NCBI GenBank assembly: GCA_963785725.1
Contig: CAWAWS010000039.1
Span: 192,001-256,000 of the forward strand
Length of the DNA: 64,000 nucleotides
DNA from: an uncultured delta proteobacterium
Lineage (GTDB): Bacteria; Myxococcota_A; Polyangia; Palsa-1104
Direction of reading: 5' to 3'
Of this stretch, positions 26,313 to 37,089 are shown piece by piece. A program made the translations under genes and the position numbers. The notes below the pieces were generated by a model. That model saw only the letters and a list, made by a program, of their open reading frames with translations. It ran no database searches and was not told where the DNA came from. Within the stretch, counting starts at the first letter, position 1, and the number at the start of each line of letters is the position of its first letter.

Positions 26313-29300
26313 GACTCGTCCTCGCTCTTGGGCGCATCGGTCGTGCGCAGCTGCCGCACGCGACAGGCCGACTCCATGTTGCAGGTCTCGCAGGCGTCTT
26401 CGCGCGGCCGCACCGGGAACTCGCCGGCGCGCATCGCCGCGTGCACCGCCGTCAGCCGCTCGCTCAAGTGGTCGGGCTCGCGCACCGGCCGGGTCAGCTC
26501 GGCCTCGCGCAGCGAATAAAAGCGCGCCTCGACGAGCGGCACCTTCAGCTCCAGCCGCGCGGCCAACGCATACAGCGGCAGCTGCCAGGCGCTATCGCAC
26601 AGCGCTTCCGGCGCCGTATCCGGCACGTACGTCGACTTGCGGCCCGCTTTGTAGTCGAGCACGACCGCCCGGCCGTCGCCGACGTCGATGCGATCGATCT
26701 TGCCCGCGATCCACACGCCGGCCACGTCCAGCGGACCGAACGGCCGCTCGAACAGCGCCGGCGTGCACCCCGGCGACGGCGGCTCTTGCGCCTCCGCCTT
26801 CAAGAATCGCCGCCACCTGCTCGCGCAAGGTCCGCTCTTTGATCGCGAAGATCGCCGGGTGACCGAGCGCCTCCGTCTTGCGCCAGCGATCGACGACGTC
26901 GTCGCACACTTCCTCGGCCAGCTCGAGCTCGCTCGGGTCGCCGCGCAGCGGCAGGCGGCCCTCGTCGACGAAGCGGCGAAACAGCCGCTCCAAGACCTCG
27001 TGATGCAGCCGTCCGAAGGTGCGCGAGTCGATCTCGTCGTCGTTCTCTTCGCCTTCGCGCGCCTTCAACAGCGACCGCAGGAAGAATTTATAGGGACAGG
27101 ACGCGTATTGCTCGAGGCTCGTCGCCGACAGCGGCTCCTCTTGGCGACCGGGCAATCGCGAGCGCACGAGCGCCGCCAACAGCTCGGGATCGCGCAGCGC
27201 ACCGACGTAGGCGTGCGCCGGCAGCTGCTGCTGGAAGAAGCCATGGCGCCGCTTTTCCACCGCCACCAAATGCTCGAGCCGACCGAGCCGCGGCCGATCG
27301 AGCGCCGTCAGCAGCGGCAAGAACGGCGCCGCCTCGACGTCGGGCGGCGACAGGCGCGAGCCGCGATCGCCGCGGCATTCGAGCAGCACGCGCGCCGCCA
27401 GCTCGTCGACGGTGCGCGCGTCACGGGCGCGGGCGATGGGATCGCGCAGGAGCAGGCGGATCTCGGCCTCGGTCGGGTGCAGATCGTCGACGAGCGGCGA
27501 GCGCAGCTGGGGCGCGCCATCCTCGTCACCGCGCGTCCACGACAGATGGGCCGCGTCCGTCGCCGCCAGCGCCAGGTGGAACGCCAGCGCCGCGCGATCG
27601 ATGGCGCGCGACGCCAGCGGCAAGACCGGCGCGCCCAAGGCGCGATTGAGCGCGGCGCGATCGTCGTCGCCGAGCAGCGGATCTTCCGACGGCCGCGCCG
27701 GAGCTTCGCCGTCGACGAGCCCGCACGCGAACAGATGCGCGAAGCGACGACCGGCGACGCCGCCGAAGTCGCTCAGCTCGACCGCGGCGCCGCGCACACC
27801 GCCGGCCCGCGCCCGCGCCGACGCGAGCAGCTCGCCGAGCAGCCGCGCAAAACGGGCGCGCGACAGCTTCTGCGACTTCAGCCCCGCCCGCAGCGCCGCG
27901 CGCGGCAGGTCGGCCAGCGCCACCTCGAGCTCGCGCATCGCCGCCTGATCGCGCGCGATGGCCCGCGTCTCGGCCTCGGAATCGGCCGGCTGCTCCTTGC
28001 GAAACCCACGCGCGCGCTCGAACAATTCCAGCTCGCTCAACGCCTTGTGCAGCTTTTGGCAGTGCTGCGCCACGTTCGCTTCCGCCGGCAGCTTCTGGAT
28101 CAGCGTCACCAGCTCGTCGACGTGCCGGCAGATCGTCTCCGCTTTGCCTTCCTTGAGCACGTGTTGCCGCTTGCCGCGCGCCCACGTCGCGAGGCCCACG
28201 CTGTAGCCGAGCCCGCGGGCGTCGGTCACGTAGGCCTCGCGCAGCGCCCGCGCGATCTCGTGCGGCAGCACTTTGCCGTTGGGCCCATGCGCCTCGCCCG
28301 CGACATAGCGCGACGACAGCAGCTGGATGAACCGCTCGCGCGGGATCTCGTCGTCGGCGAGCGCTAACAGCTCGAGCGCGATGCGCACCGGCGGCGCGTC
28401 GATGGCGCTCGGCGGTTTGCGCGCCGCCACCGGCACGCCGTAACGCACCAGCGCCGCTTCCAGAAGCGCGCGCCGCTCCGCCGACGACGCCAGCACGGCG
28501 ATCGACTCGGGCGCGGCGCCGGCGTCGACCAGATCACGCACGCGCCGGGCCACCTCGCGCGCCTCGGTCGACGGCGTCGGCGCTTGCGTGAAGTCGACGA
28601 GCGGCGCGCGCTCGAGCGGCGCGTTCACGCGCTCGAGCCGCGCGGCGCCGTGGCGCGCCTCCAGCGCCGACAGCGTCGGATCGAGCGCGCGCGCCGCCTG
28701 CGGCGGCAGGTCCGACGACGACGGCAGCCGCACCTGCACGACGAGCCCGCGCGTGAGCAGCGCATCGAGCAGCTGCAAATGGGCCGCGTCCCAGTCGACG
28801 ATGTCGTGGGTGACGACGCGATCGACGTCGTCGAGCATGGCCACGCGCGCGCCGCCGGCGATGGCGCGACAGCCGGCATGCCACGCCGCCGCGTCGTCGC
28901 ACAATTCGCCGCCCTTCAGGTGCTTTTGGTAGGCCGCGAGCCGGCGGGCAATCTCCTCGCCGTGCCGCGCCGCCGCGCCGCCCGCTTGCCGCGCCGCCGC
29001 GTCCAAATCGCGCGCCGACAAGCCGCTCTGCCCGAGCGCGGCGAAGATGCGCCCGAGGCTGCGCCGGAGGCCGCGGCTGTGCGCGATCGGCGCCAGCGAG
29101 CCGCCCGCGCTCTCGGCCACGGCATCGACCACCAGCTTCTCGCCGACCGGCCCCAAGCGCCGCGCCGCCGCCGTGGGCCCGGTCGCGCAGGCCGCTTCGA
29201 CGAGCTCGCGCGGTGTCGCCCGGCCCAGCCCGAGCTCGACGACGCCACCCGCAGCCAGCGCCAGTCGCCACTCGAGCTCGACCGCGTCCGCCGTCGCGTG

Positions 29301-29330
29301 CAGGTGCAGCGTCGTGCCCACCCTGAACAC
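26309..29330 (-). CDS. AddB/AdnA-like PD-(D/E)XK nuclease subunit, frameshifted near 26810
   Basis: N-terminal ORF ends with SATSLEQYASCPYKF..GRLHHEVLE. The continuation in another frame has GKIDRID..LDYK..QLPLY..CETCNMESAC. Removing one base at 26810-26811 fuses them. Confidence 0.85.
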
Positions 29331-29360
29331 CTTATCAGATGCGATCGGAGGCGCCAGCCG

Positions 29361-30170
29361 TCAGTTGGCGCTGCGCTGCCCCTTGATGTACGCGACGAGA
29401 TTCTGATGCGCGCCCTCGACGGCACCTTCGAGCGCGTCGAGCTGCAGCGCCTGCTCGCGCTCGGGCCGGAGCCCCACGCGCGGCGCCTGCACGGTCGCGC
29501 CGCCCGAGGTCATCATGACCATCGCCCGCGACGGCAAGCGCCCGACGACGAAGCTGATCTCGCACGTAATCTCCACCCACTCGGGCGTCGTGCGGCGCGA
29601 GACATTGGTGATCGAGCTGTCGATGAGGAAGCCCGAGATCGGCTTGCCCTCGAGCGTCAAGCCCGGCGTCTTGTTCAGCTCGCGAATGATGAATTCCTTC
29701 AGCCGAATCGCCATCTGCGGCGAGACGTGCTGCGCTTTGACGCCGATGCCGCCGACTTCGACGTGCAAGGCGCCGTTGCCGCCGCCGCCGCCGTGCGCAG
29801 CCTCCGACGGCGGCGTCGACAGCCGCGCCAACGCGGCCACCGCTTTGTCGCGCACGAACCCCGACGGATCGCGCTTCGACCGCTCCAGCGCCGACTTGGC
29901 CGACGCGTCGCCGAGCTCGCCCAGCACCTGCGCCGACAGGCCGCGCACCGTCTCGTTTTCGTCGCCGAGCGCGCGCTCCAGCGACGGCACGGCGCGCGCG
30001 TCCTTGAGCTTGCCGAGCACGACCGCCGCCTGCAAACGCACGCGCCAGCTGGGATCGGTGGTGAGCGAACGGCACAGATCGTCCACCCGATCGGCGCGCG
30101 CGGGTGCGCTCGCCGTCAGCAATCCCAAGATCAGCACGGAGGTCACGGAGGCGCGACACACGATGGACAC
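29361..30170 (-). CDS. Secreted HEAT-repeat protein
   Basis: Signal peptide; repeats DPSWRVRLQAAVVLGKL, DENETVRGLSAQVLGEL, DPSGFVRDKAVAAL. Exact start uncertain. Confidence 0.8.
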   Translation of the reverse strand: MSIVCRASVTSVLILGLLTASAPARADRVDDLCRSLTTDPSWRVRLQAAVVLGKLKDARAVPSLERALGDENETVRGLSAQVLGELGDASAKSALERSKRDPSGFVRDKAVAALARLSTPPSEAAHGGGGGNGALHVEVGGIGVKAQHVSPQMAIRLKEFIIRELNKTPGLTLEGKPISGFLIDSSITNVSRRTTPEWVEITCEISFVVGRLPSRAMVMMTSGGATVQAPRVGLRPEREQALQLDALEGAVEGAHQNLVAYIKGQRSAN

Positions 30171-30284
30171 TGCTCTTCAATTAGATGAAATCGCCCGCCA
30201 CCTCGTCAAGGTGAACAAAAGGTCCCGGGGTAGGTACGCTTGCGTAATGTTGCGATGCCGCGCCGCGGCCGCTACCCTCGGCGC

Positions 30285-31262
30285 GTGGCGGCTCCTCCAA
30301 CTGCTCCTCCGACTCGCGGGCGCAAGCCTCAGGGCATGTCCGGCAATCAGCTGCTCGGGCTCGGGCTGACCGGCTGTGCGCTCGTCATCGTCGTAGCGGT
30401 GGTTTCGCTGCGGTTTACCCACAAAGAGCCGCCGCCACCGCCGCCACCGCCACCGCCGCCGCCCGAACAGAGCGTGCACCGCGTGATGCGCTACACGCCG
30501 ACGTATTACAAAGCCGTGACGGAAGAGGACGTCAAACGCTACGGCCTGCCGGACCCGCTCGATCTGGACGCGCTGGCGCAGCCGCTCGTGTACGCGCACG
30601 AGCTGTCGGAGCCGCGGCTCCTCAAGATCGGCAAAGAGGTCGTCGAGACGCCGCACCTGAAGATTACGACGCGCGTCATCAAAGAGTGGGCGTCGACGCA
30701 GTCGGGGCAGCGCTTTCGCTACGAGCACATCGTGCTGTCCATCGCCAACAAGACGTCGAGGCCGCTCGCCTATCGCGTCGAGACGACGATCAACCACCCC
30801 GAGTCGTGCCAGAGCCAAGGCGCCATCGCGCACAACGCCGTGGCGTTGAAGGCGGGCGAGACGGCCGAGCGCACCGAGTGCTTGTGGCACAAAGATACGG
30901 CGTTGACGCTTCGCAGCGTGGAAGTCGTGGAGCTTCCGATGATTGGCTATTACTATGTCAGCCGCTTGAACCCCAATCAGATCTTGCTCGACGATCGAAC
31001 CTCGGCCGGCCACACGGTGCCGGAGCCGGCCAAAGAGTGCAGCTTCGTGCCCTGGCGCGACATCCAGGCGTCGACGAGCGAGCTGCACACCGGCTGGGCC
31101 GACGTCATCGACTTCTACGCGCGCCACAACTGCGACGAGTACAGCTTCTATCGCGGCTACCGGCGCTGGACGACGGCCGGCACGTTGCCCGCGCGAGCCC
31201 AATCGGCCGGTCAAGCGAGCGATAGTGCCGTAACGGTTGACCATCCGCCCGTGAGCAAGTAG
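30285..31262 (+). CDS. Hypothetical single-TM protein with poly-Pro linker
   Basis: TM helix, Pro run, Cys-paired globular domain; GTG 6 nt after TACCCT. Confidence 0.75.
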   Translation: MAAPPTAPPTRGRKPQGMSGNQLLGLGLTGCALVIVVAVVSLRFTHKEPPPPPPPPPPPPEQSVHRVMRYTPTYYKAVTEEDVKRYGLPDPLDLDALAQPLVYAHELSEPRLLKIGKEVVETPHLKITTRVIKEWASTQSGQRFRYEHIVLSIANKTSRPLAYRVETTINHPESCQSQGAIAHNAVALKAGETAERTECLWHKDTALTLRSVEVVELPMIGYYYVSRLNPNQILLDDRTSAGHTVPEPAKECSFVPWRDIQASTSELHTGWADVIDFYARHNCDEYSFYRGYRRWTTAGTLPARAQSAGQASDSAVTVDHPPVSK

Positions 31263-31265
31263 CTT
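31237..31265 (+). promoter_or_regulatory. sigma70-type promoter of ihfB
   Basis: TTGACC-17 nt-TAGCTT. Confidence 0.55.
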
Positions 31266-31277
31266 TTGGACTCCCCT

Positions 31278-31616
31278 ATGCCAATTACGAAAAGCGAGCT
31301 GATCGATCAAGTCGCGGACAAGCTGCGGCTGCCCAAAGCGCGGGCGGAGCAGATTGTGGACACCATCTTCGACTCGATGGTCAACGCGCTCAAGCAGGGC
31401 GACGGGATCGAGATTCGCGGGTTCGGCAGCTTCACGGTCCGCGAGTACAAGGGCTACGAAGGCCGCAACCCGCGCACCGGCGAAGCCGTGAAGGTGCAGC
31501 AGAAGCGCCTGCCGTTCTTCAAGGTCGGCAAGGAGCTGCGCGAGCGCGTGAACGATGGCCGCAGCGGCCCGGAGCCGTCTTCGGCCGTCCCGACGTCCTC
31601 CTCCACCGGCGGCTAG
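31278..31616 (+). CDS. ihfB: Integration host factor beta / HU-family protein
   Basis: TKSELI, IEIRGFGSF, GRNPRTG, FFKVGKELRERVN. Confidence 0.9.
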   Translation: MPITKSELIDQVADKLRLPKARAEQIVDTIFDSMVNALKQGDGIEIRGFGSFTVREYKGYEGRNPRTGEAVKVQQKRLPFFKVGKELRERVNDGRSGPEPSSAVPTSSSTGG

Positions 31617-31712
31617 CTTCTATCGGTCGGCTGTTTCCGTCGATTAGCACCGTAGCGAGCGGTCCAAGCGCAAGGCAGTGACAACTGCGGCGATTGGACC
31701 GCGCCGCAGGTT

Positions 31713-33665
31713 CTATAGGATGTAGACGCGGCCGGCGTCGCCGTCGACGTAGAGCTCGGCCCCGTCGGCGATCGTGGTCGCGGCGCCGGTGCCGAGCACG
31801 GCGGGAATGCCATATTCGCGCGCCAACGTCGCCGCGTGCGAGAGCGCGCCGCCGTGATCGGTCACGAGCGCGCGCGCCAACGGCAACAGCGGCGCCAGCG
31901 ACGGCACGAGCGCGGGCGCGACGAGCACGGCGTCGGGCGGCAGCGTCGTCGGCGCGTCGGCCAGCGCGCGAATGACGACGGCGCGACCGCGCGCGCGACC
32001 GGCCGTGGCCGCGCCGCGCAGCACCGTTCGCGACGGCGGCGCCGGCCACTCGGGCACGCCGTCTTCGTACGCCGCCGGCGGAATCACCCGTCGCTGCTGC
32101 TGCAGCTCCGCGCGTCGCTGCGACACCAGCGCGGGCAGCGCTTGCGGCGGCGAACGGAGCTCGTCCAGCGTCAACAGGAAGGCGTCGTCGGGCGTCGCCA
32201 GCGGCAGCGTGCCCGCGTGCGCGAGAATGGCGCGACGAACGGTCGCTTGCGCCGCCAGAAACAAGAGGTCGTCGTCTTCGGCGATCGGCAAGACGTCGCG
32301 CACGAGCGGCAAGAGCGTCTGCAGCTCCTGCCGCGCCGCACGATCGAGCCGGTCATACAGCGCGTCGGCCGCGGCCTCGGCGGTCGCGCGCGCGCTCGCC
32401 TGACGCTCGGCGGGCGACGCCGGCGACGCCGCCACCAGCGTCGCCAGCGCCTGCACGCGCGCGGGACATTCGCGGTCGGTGGCCGTCGCCACGTCCCAGG
32501 CCGGCGCATGATCGCCATACGCGACGAGGTACTCCGCGAGCGTCGCCGTGCCGCGACCGAGGTGCCACAGCTGCTGATCGCGCGCCGTCGTCGCGCCGCC
32601 GAGGCCGCCGAGCAGCCCCGCGTGCGCGGTCAGCGGCTCGCCGGTGTTGGCGCGCAGAAACCGATCGAGCGTGGCGCGCGCCAGCGACAGCGACGGTGAC
32701 AGCTCGCCCACATAGCGACGATAGACATGCGCGAATGCAGCCAGCGCGCCCTCGAGCGTGGCCTGAGCGGCGGCGAGCGCGTGGCGACAATCGGGCGCGA
32801 TCTCGACGTCGAAGCGGCGGCGAAGATGGGCGAGCGCGATCGGGCGTGACGTTCGCGCCGCCGCGCCGCGCTCGACGTAGAGCTGCCCGCCGACGACGAG
32901 CTGCTGCGCGCCCACGCCCAGCCCGTCGACGAACGCCACCAGCGACGCCTGCGCCGGCGACAGCGGATCGGGGTTGTGCTCGGCGTCGCGCGTCCAGCGA
33001 CCCGGCAACGGCAGCGCCGGCGCCTCCGACGGCGGCTGGCGCGGCGACGTCAGCGGGCGCGCTTGCAGCCACGTCACCTGCTCGCCGTCGCGCGCGAACT
33101 CGGCGTCGACCGGGCCGCCGACGAGCGTCTCGAGCGCGCGCAAGCCGGTCGCGAGCGCACCATCGTCCTCACGCGCGACGACGGACGCGCGCACGTCGCC
33201 CCATTCGGGCTCGCCCGGCGCGCGCGTCTCGACGCGAAATTGCCCGCCCGCCGAGTGCGCGACGCCATATTCGCGCGCGCCGATCCACGGCTGCAGCAGC
33301 ACCGCCATGCGCGCCTGTTCGGCCGATCCGCGGGCCGCCAGATACGCGCGCACCGCTGGTCCATCGGCGCTGGCACGCACGACGGCGATGGCGCGCGCGA
33401 CCTCGGCCGCATCGGCCACGACCGAGACGAACACGCCCGCGGCGGTCGCGCCCGCGCGATCTTCCAGCGACGCCGACGAACGCACGACGAAGCGCGCCCC
33501 ACCGAGTCGCGCCAAATGCGCCGCCAGCTCCGCAGCATCCACGGATTCGCCGGGCAAAACGACGGCGCCATCGGCCACCCGCAGCCCGGCGGCGCGGGCG
33601 CGCGCCAACGTCTCGGCCTTCCCGCCCGCGTCCAAGAGGCCCACGCAGGCGTCGAGCGCGCGCAT
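31713..33665 (-). CDS. PEP-utilizing enzyme family (ATP-grasp plus swivel phospho-His domain)
   Basis: GGKA, VVRSSASLED, WLQARPLT, GGALSHAATLAREYGIPAV. Confidence 0.85.
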   Translation of the reverse strand: MRALDACVGLLDAGGKAETLARARAAGLRVADGAVVLPGESVDAAELAAHLARLGGARFVVRSSASLEDRAGATAAGVFVSVVADAAEVARAIAVVRASADGPAVRAYLAARGSAEQARMAVLLQPWIGAREYGVAHSAGGQFRVETRAPGEPEWGDVRASVVAREDDGALATGLRALETLVGGPVDAEFARDGEQVTWLQARPLTSPRQPPSEAPALPLPGRWTRDAEHNPDPLSPAQASLVAFVDGLGVGAQQLVVGGQLYVERGAAARTSRPIALAHLRRRFDVEIAPDCRHALAAAQATLEGALAAFAHVYRRYVGELSPSLSLARATLDRFLRANTGEPLTAHAGLLGGLGGATTARDQQLWHLGRGTATLAEYLVAYGDHAPAWDVATATDRECPARVQALATLVAASPASPAERQASARATAEAAADALYDRLDRAARQELQTLLPLVRDVLPIAEDDDLLFLAAQATVRRAILAHAGTLPLATPDDAFLLTLDELRSPPQALPALVSQRRAELQQQRRVIPPAAYEDGVPEWPAPPSRTVLRGAATAGRARGRAVVIRALADAPTTLPPDAVLVAPALVPSLAPLLPLARALVTDHGGALSHAATLAREYGIPAVLGTGAATTIADGAELYVDGDAGRVYIL

Positions 33666-33666
33666 C

Positions 33667-34374
33667 TCAGTCGTTGACGGTGAGGTCGATCTTGCTGCCC
33701 GCCGGCGCCTGCGCGTTGGCCGCGGGATCTTGCTTGATGACGACGCCCGAGTCGTAATCGTCGTTCGAGCCGTATTTGATGTCACCGACGATGAAGCCGG
33801 CCTTTTCCAAGAGCGCCTTGGCGCCCGAGCGGCTCTTGCCGACGACCGCCGGCACCGCCGCCGCCGCCGGACCGCTGGAAAGCTGCAGGTCGATCGTCTG
33901 ATCGGGCTTGGCGTCCGCGCCCACGGCCGGCGACGAGCCAATGACGAGCCCTTTGGCCACCGTCGCCGACGGCGCTTCGCTGACGTTGCCCGCCTTCAGC
34001 TTCGCCTGCTCGAGCGCGTCCCGCGCGGCGTCGCTCGTCAAACCGAGCAGCCGCGGCACTTTGACGATATCGGCCGCTTTGACCAGCGCCGCGTGCACGT
34101 CTTCGCCGCGGCGCATGCGCGACCCGGCCAGCGGACGCTGCTCCATCAACGTGCCCGCGGCCAGCCGCTCATCGGGCCGCTCTTCGTCCAAGATCAGCAG
34201 AAGTCCGCGCGGCTCTAGGAGTCCACGCGCTTGATCGGGCGTCAGACCTTGCAGCGAAGGGACGTCGACCGCGTGGACCGGCAAGCGCGGTTTGACCACG
34301 AAGTGCAAGGCCATGTACGTCGCGGTGGTCATCGTGATCGATAGGACGATCGTCAATAACGCCTGGCGGCCCAT
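33667..34374 (-). CDS. PASTA-domain protein (3 repeats)
   Basis: TM anchor; VPSLQGLT, VPRLLGLT and VPAVVGKS repeats. Confidence 0.9.
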   Translation of the reverse strand: MGRQALLTIVLSITMTTATYMALHFVVKPRLPVHAVDVPSLQGLTPDQARGLLEPRGLLLILDEERPDERLAAGTLMEQRPLAGSRMRRGEDVHAALVKAADIVKVPRLLGLTSDAARDALEQAKLKAGNVSEAPSATVAKGLVIGSSPAVGADAKPDQTIDLQLSSGPAAAAVPAVVGKSRSGAKALLEKAGFIVGDIKYGSNDDYDSGVVIKQDPAANAQAPAGSKIDLTVND

Positions 34375-34428
34375 GGGGCGTCATCGTAACACCAAATTGC
34401 CGTCGGCGCGCGCCTCGGCTATCCTGCA

Positions 34429-35424
34429 ATGGTGCGCTTTTTCCTCGTGCTCGCGTGCCTGAACGCCGCAGCGGCGACGTCACGCGCGGAGGAATCCGCG
34501 CCGCCGCCCGTCGCTGCGCCGGCGACGACGTCGGGCGACGCGCTGAAACCGGCCGGCTCCAAAGACGCGATCGAGCAGCCGAAGACCAAAGAATCGGACG
34601 CCTCGAAGATCGACGAGCGCGCGCCCGATAAAGTTCCGCTCATCGCCAAGATCAAAGAGTGCTGCGGCTATCCCGTCGGTGAGAAAGAGGGATTTCGCCT
34701 CAGCTTCTACTGGCTCGCCTACGAATCCGAGTACGCCAACGAGCCTTACGACACCGCGATCTACAGTCGCCAAGGCTTTTACATCGGCAGCTTCCCGTCG
34801 GCGTTCATCTTCGAGCTGAAGCTCGAGGGCTCGGGCATCTTGCGCGACGGCCGCGTCCTCAACTACGACGGCGAGTGCAACTACGGCATGGGCACGTGCT
34901 TCAAGACGTTGGCGCTCGATCAGCATCCGCTCGGCGCCGGCGTGCAAGGCCGGCCGCTCGAGCCGTTCCGTTCGATCGCCGTCGATCCGCGGTTCATCCC
35001 GATCGGCGCGCCGGTGTACGTGCCGGAATTGGTCGGCGTGCTCATGCCCGACGGCACCCGCCACGACGGCTGCCTGCGCGCCGACGACATGGGCGGCGCG
35101 ATCAAGGAGCACAAGCTCGACTTCTTCGTCGAGAGCTACTTCAACTTCAAGTTCATCGCCGACAACTTGTGGTGGCGCATGAAGGCGACGCCGACCGTCG
35201 ACGAGCCGCGCTGCGAATATCTGCGCCATCGCGACTTTGCCATGCGCGATCGCGACAACGAGCACAGCGATTGGGTGCAGCTGCACAAGACGTTCAAGCA
35301 GCATCGGATGGCCGAGAAGGTGGCGCTGCGCAAGGCGGCGCGCAGCCGTTCGATCGCCAAGGCGTGGCTGGCGCACCATAGCGGTGGCGCCCAAAAGCCG
35401 ACCGCGAACGCGCACAAGCGATGA
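34429..35424 (+). CDS. 3D-domain (MltA-like) secreted protein
   Basis: Signal peptide; SIAVDPRFIPIG, ADDMGGAIK, LDFFV three-Asp motifs. Confidence 0.85.
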   Translation: MVRFFLVLACLNAAAATSRAEESAPPPVAAPATTSGDALKPAGSKDAIEQPKTKESDASKIDERAPDKVPLIAKIKECCGYPVGEKEGFRLSFYWLAYESEYANEPYDTAIYSRQGFYIGSFPSAFIFELKLEGSGILRDGRVLNYDGECNYGMGTCFKTLALDQHPLGAGVQGRPLEPFRSIAVDPRFIPIGAPVYVPELVGVLMPDGTRHDGCLRADDMGGAIKEHKLDFFVESYFNFKFIADNLWWRMKATPTVDEPRCEYLRHRDFAMRDRDNEHSDWVQLHKTFKQHRMAEKVALRKAARSRSIAKAWLAHHSGGAQKPTANAHKR

Positions 35425-35867
35425 ACGTCGACGACTTGGCGCTGGCGCTGGGCCTCGGCGCGGCGCGTGGCGCGCGGGCATTGGCGCGAGCCGTGGGCGC
35501 GCCCGAGAACGGGAAGAAGCGCGTGGTTGCGATTGGCGAGGCGGTCGCGCGCGCGGTCGAGCAGGCCGGTCACGAGGCCGTGCGCGCGCAGCTCGACGGC
35601 GGGAAATTGTCGGTCGAGGACGCGACGGCGGATGCGTTGTGCGCGTCGGGCCTGGCCGATCTGACGGTGGCGCCGGCGCTGCTCGGCGAGTGTGTGCGCG
35701 TGCTGCGTGACGGCGGGCGCGTGCTGTTGGCGACGCCGGTCGGGCTCGTCGGACGTGGGCCGGAGCGGCCGCTGTTGACGGCGATGTTCATGCACGCCGG
35801 GCTCGTCGACATCGCGCAGCAGCTCGGGCGCGGCACGGCGATCACCATCGGCACCATTCGCCGCTGA
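35421..35867 (+). CDS. Hypothetical, methyltransferase-like C-terminal fold
   Basis: ATGA overlap; EDATADA..ECVRVLRDGGRVLL. Confidence 0.6.
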   Translation: MNVDDLALALGLGAARGARALARAVGAPENGKKRVVAIGEAVARAVEQAGHEAVRAQLDGGKLSVEDATADALCASGLADLTVAPALLGECVRVLRDGGRVLLATPVGLVGRGPERPLLTAMFMHAGLVDIAQQLGRGTAITIGTIRR

Positions 35868-35869
35868 CG

Positions 35870-36523
35870 ATGCTGCGCGATCGCGTGGCGGAGGCGTCGG
35901 CGCTGCTGCAGCTGCGCGATGAGGCGGCGTGGCGCGCGCTGGAAGCGGCGATGGGCGACGACTGGCGTGACGAGGTCGCCGCGCTACTCGACGGCGACTG
36001 GCACGCGCAGCTGGTGGCGGCGGCAGCGTTGGTGATCGGCGGGCGCGCCGACACCGGCCACGGCAGCGCCGGCAATGACGCGAATGCCGACGCCGGCCAT
36101 GGCGACATCGAAAGCAGCGGCCGGCAGACCGCCGGCACGAACGACGGCGCGCGCGGCAACGGAGACGGCAGCGACGGCGCGGCATTCGCGCAGATCTGGC
36201 GTGCCATCGATGGCGCGAGCTGGATCGCGCCGCAGCTCGTGGCATGCGCGTTCTTCGGCGACGTCGGGTTCGTCGCGCACGCCGAAGAGCGGCTGCTCGG
36301 CGTCGAGCGCCGTCCGCCAAAGACCATCGGCGCGCTCGTCCGCGCCTACCATCGCCTGCCGTCGCCGCGGCTGCCCGTCGTCGCGCAGTTGCGACGCCAC
36401 GACGCGCTGCTCGCCAGCGAAGAGGCGCGCGTCGGCGTGCGCGGCGTGGACGCCTGGCTCGACCGTCTGCCGATGCTCGCCAGCGACGACAGTCGCGCCC
36501 GCTGGCTACGCCAACCGCGTTAA
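35870..36523 (+). CDS. Hypothetical protein
   Basis: Follows the previous stop by 2 nt; contains a G/D/N-rich insert. Confidence 0.55.
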   Translation: MLRDRVAEASALLQLRDEAAWRALEAAMGDDWRDEVAALLDGDWHAQLVAAAALVIGGRADTGHGSAGNDANADAGHGDIESSGRQTAGTNDGARGNGDGSDGAAFAQIWRAIDGASWIAPQLVACAFFGDVGFVAHAEERLLGVERRPPKTIGALVRAYHRLPSPRLPVVAQLRRHDALLASEEARVGVRGVDAWLDRLPMLASDDSRARWLRQPR

Positions 36524-36530
36524 TTGAGAG

Positions 36531-36574
36531 GCTCAGGCGGCTCCAGTCGCCGCCCGAGCTGGGAGCGCGCTCCC
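36531..36574. terminator. Hairpins between convergent genes
   Basis: GCTCAGGCGGC/GCCGCCCGAGC stem (1 mismatch) and palindrome GGGAGCGCGCTCCC. Confidence 0.4.
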
Positions 36575-36588
36575 GATCGACGGCGCGA

Positions 36589-37077
36589 CTACTTCTTGGA
36601 CTTATCGGCCGGGGTCGACTGCTGCTGCTGTGACTGCTGCAGCTTGCCGATGACCTTCTGCACCAGCTGATTGCCCCACGTCTGCCCCACCGCCATCGAC
36701 TCCTCGGTAATCTTCGGCAACACCGACACGAACTTCTTCCCCGTCGGTGACGCGTAGAACTTGATGAGCTCGCGGACGTCGTCCTGCGACAGATTTTGAT
36801 CGTAAATGGGCACGATCAAGCTCACCAGCTCCTCGGTATGAATCTCTTTTGCGACGTCGGTCCAGAACGCCTCGGGCACGTTCGGCAGCGACTTTTTCAT
36901 GTTGCTCAACATCTGCGTCAGCACTTGCGTGCCGAGCTCGGCCGAGCCCGTCATCTTCAAAAGCCGACGAATATCCTGCTGTTTCGCCGTCTCTTGCGTC
37001 TGCGCGTGCGCGTTCTGCGACAACATCGCGGTCGCCACGAGGCAGATCACGCCGATCGCCTTGAGCCCGTTTCGCAT
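36589..37077 (-). CDS. DUF2059-type secreted protein
   Basis: Signal peptide; IY..LS..ELIKFYASPTGKK..P; GAGGAGAG RBS. Confidence 0.85.
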   Translation of the reverse strand: MRNGLKAIGVICLVATAMLSQNAHAQTQETAKQQDIRRLLKMTGSAELGTQVLTQMLSNMKKSLPNVPEAFWTDVAKEIHTEELVSLIVPIYDQNLSQDDVRELIKFYASPTGKKFVSVLPKITEESMAVGQTWGNQLVQKVIGKLQQSQQQQSTPADKSKK

Positions 37078-37089
37078 TCGCTCTCCTCG

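Noticed and set aside
26798..26812. Programmed +1 frameshift (CTT-GAA) in the addB-like gene
   Set aside because: No stop or stimulatory SD at the site, and the same single-base pattern occurs in two unrelated genes, favouring sequencing error.
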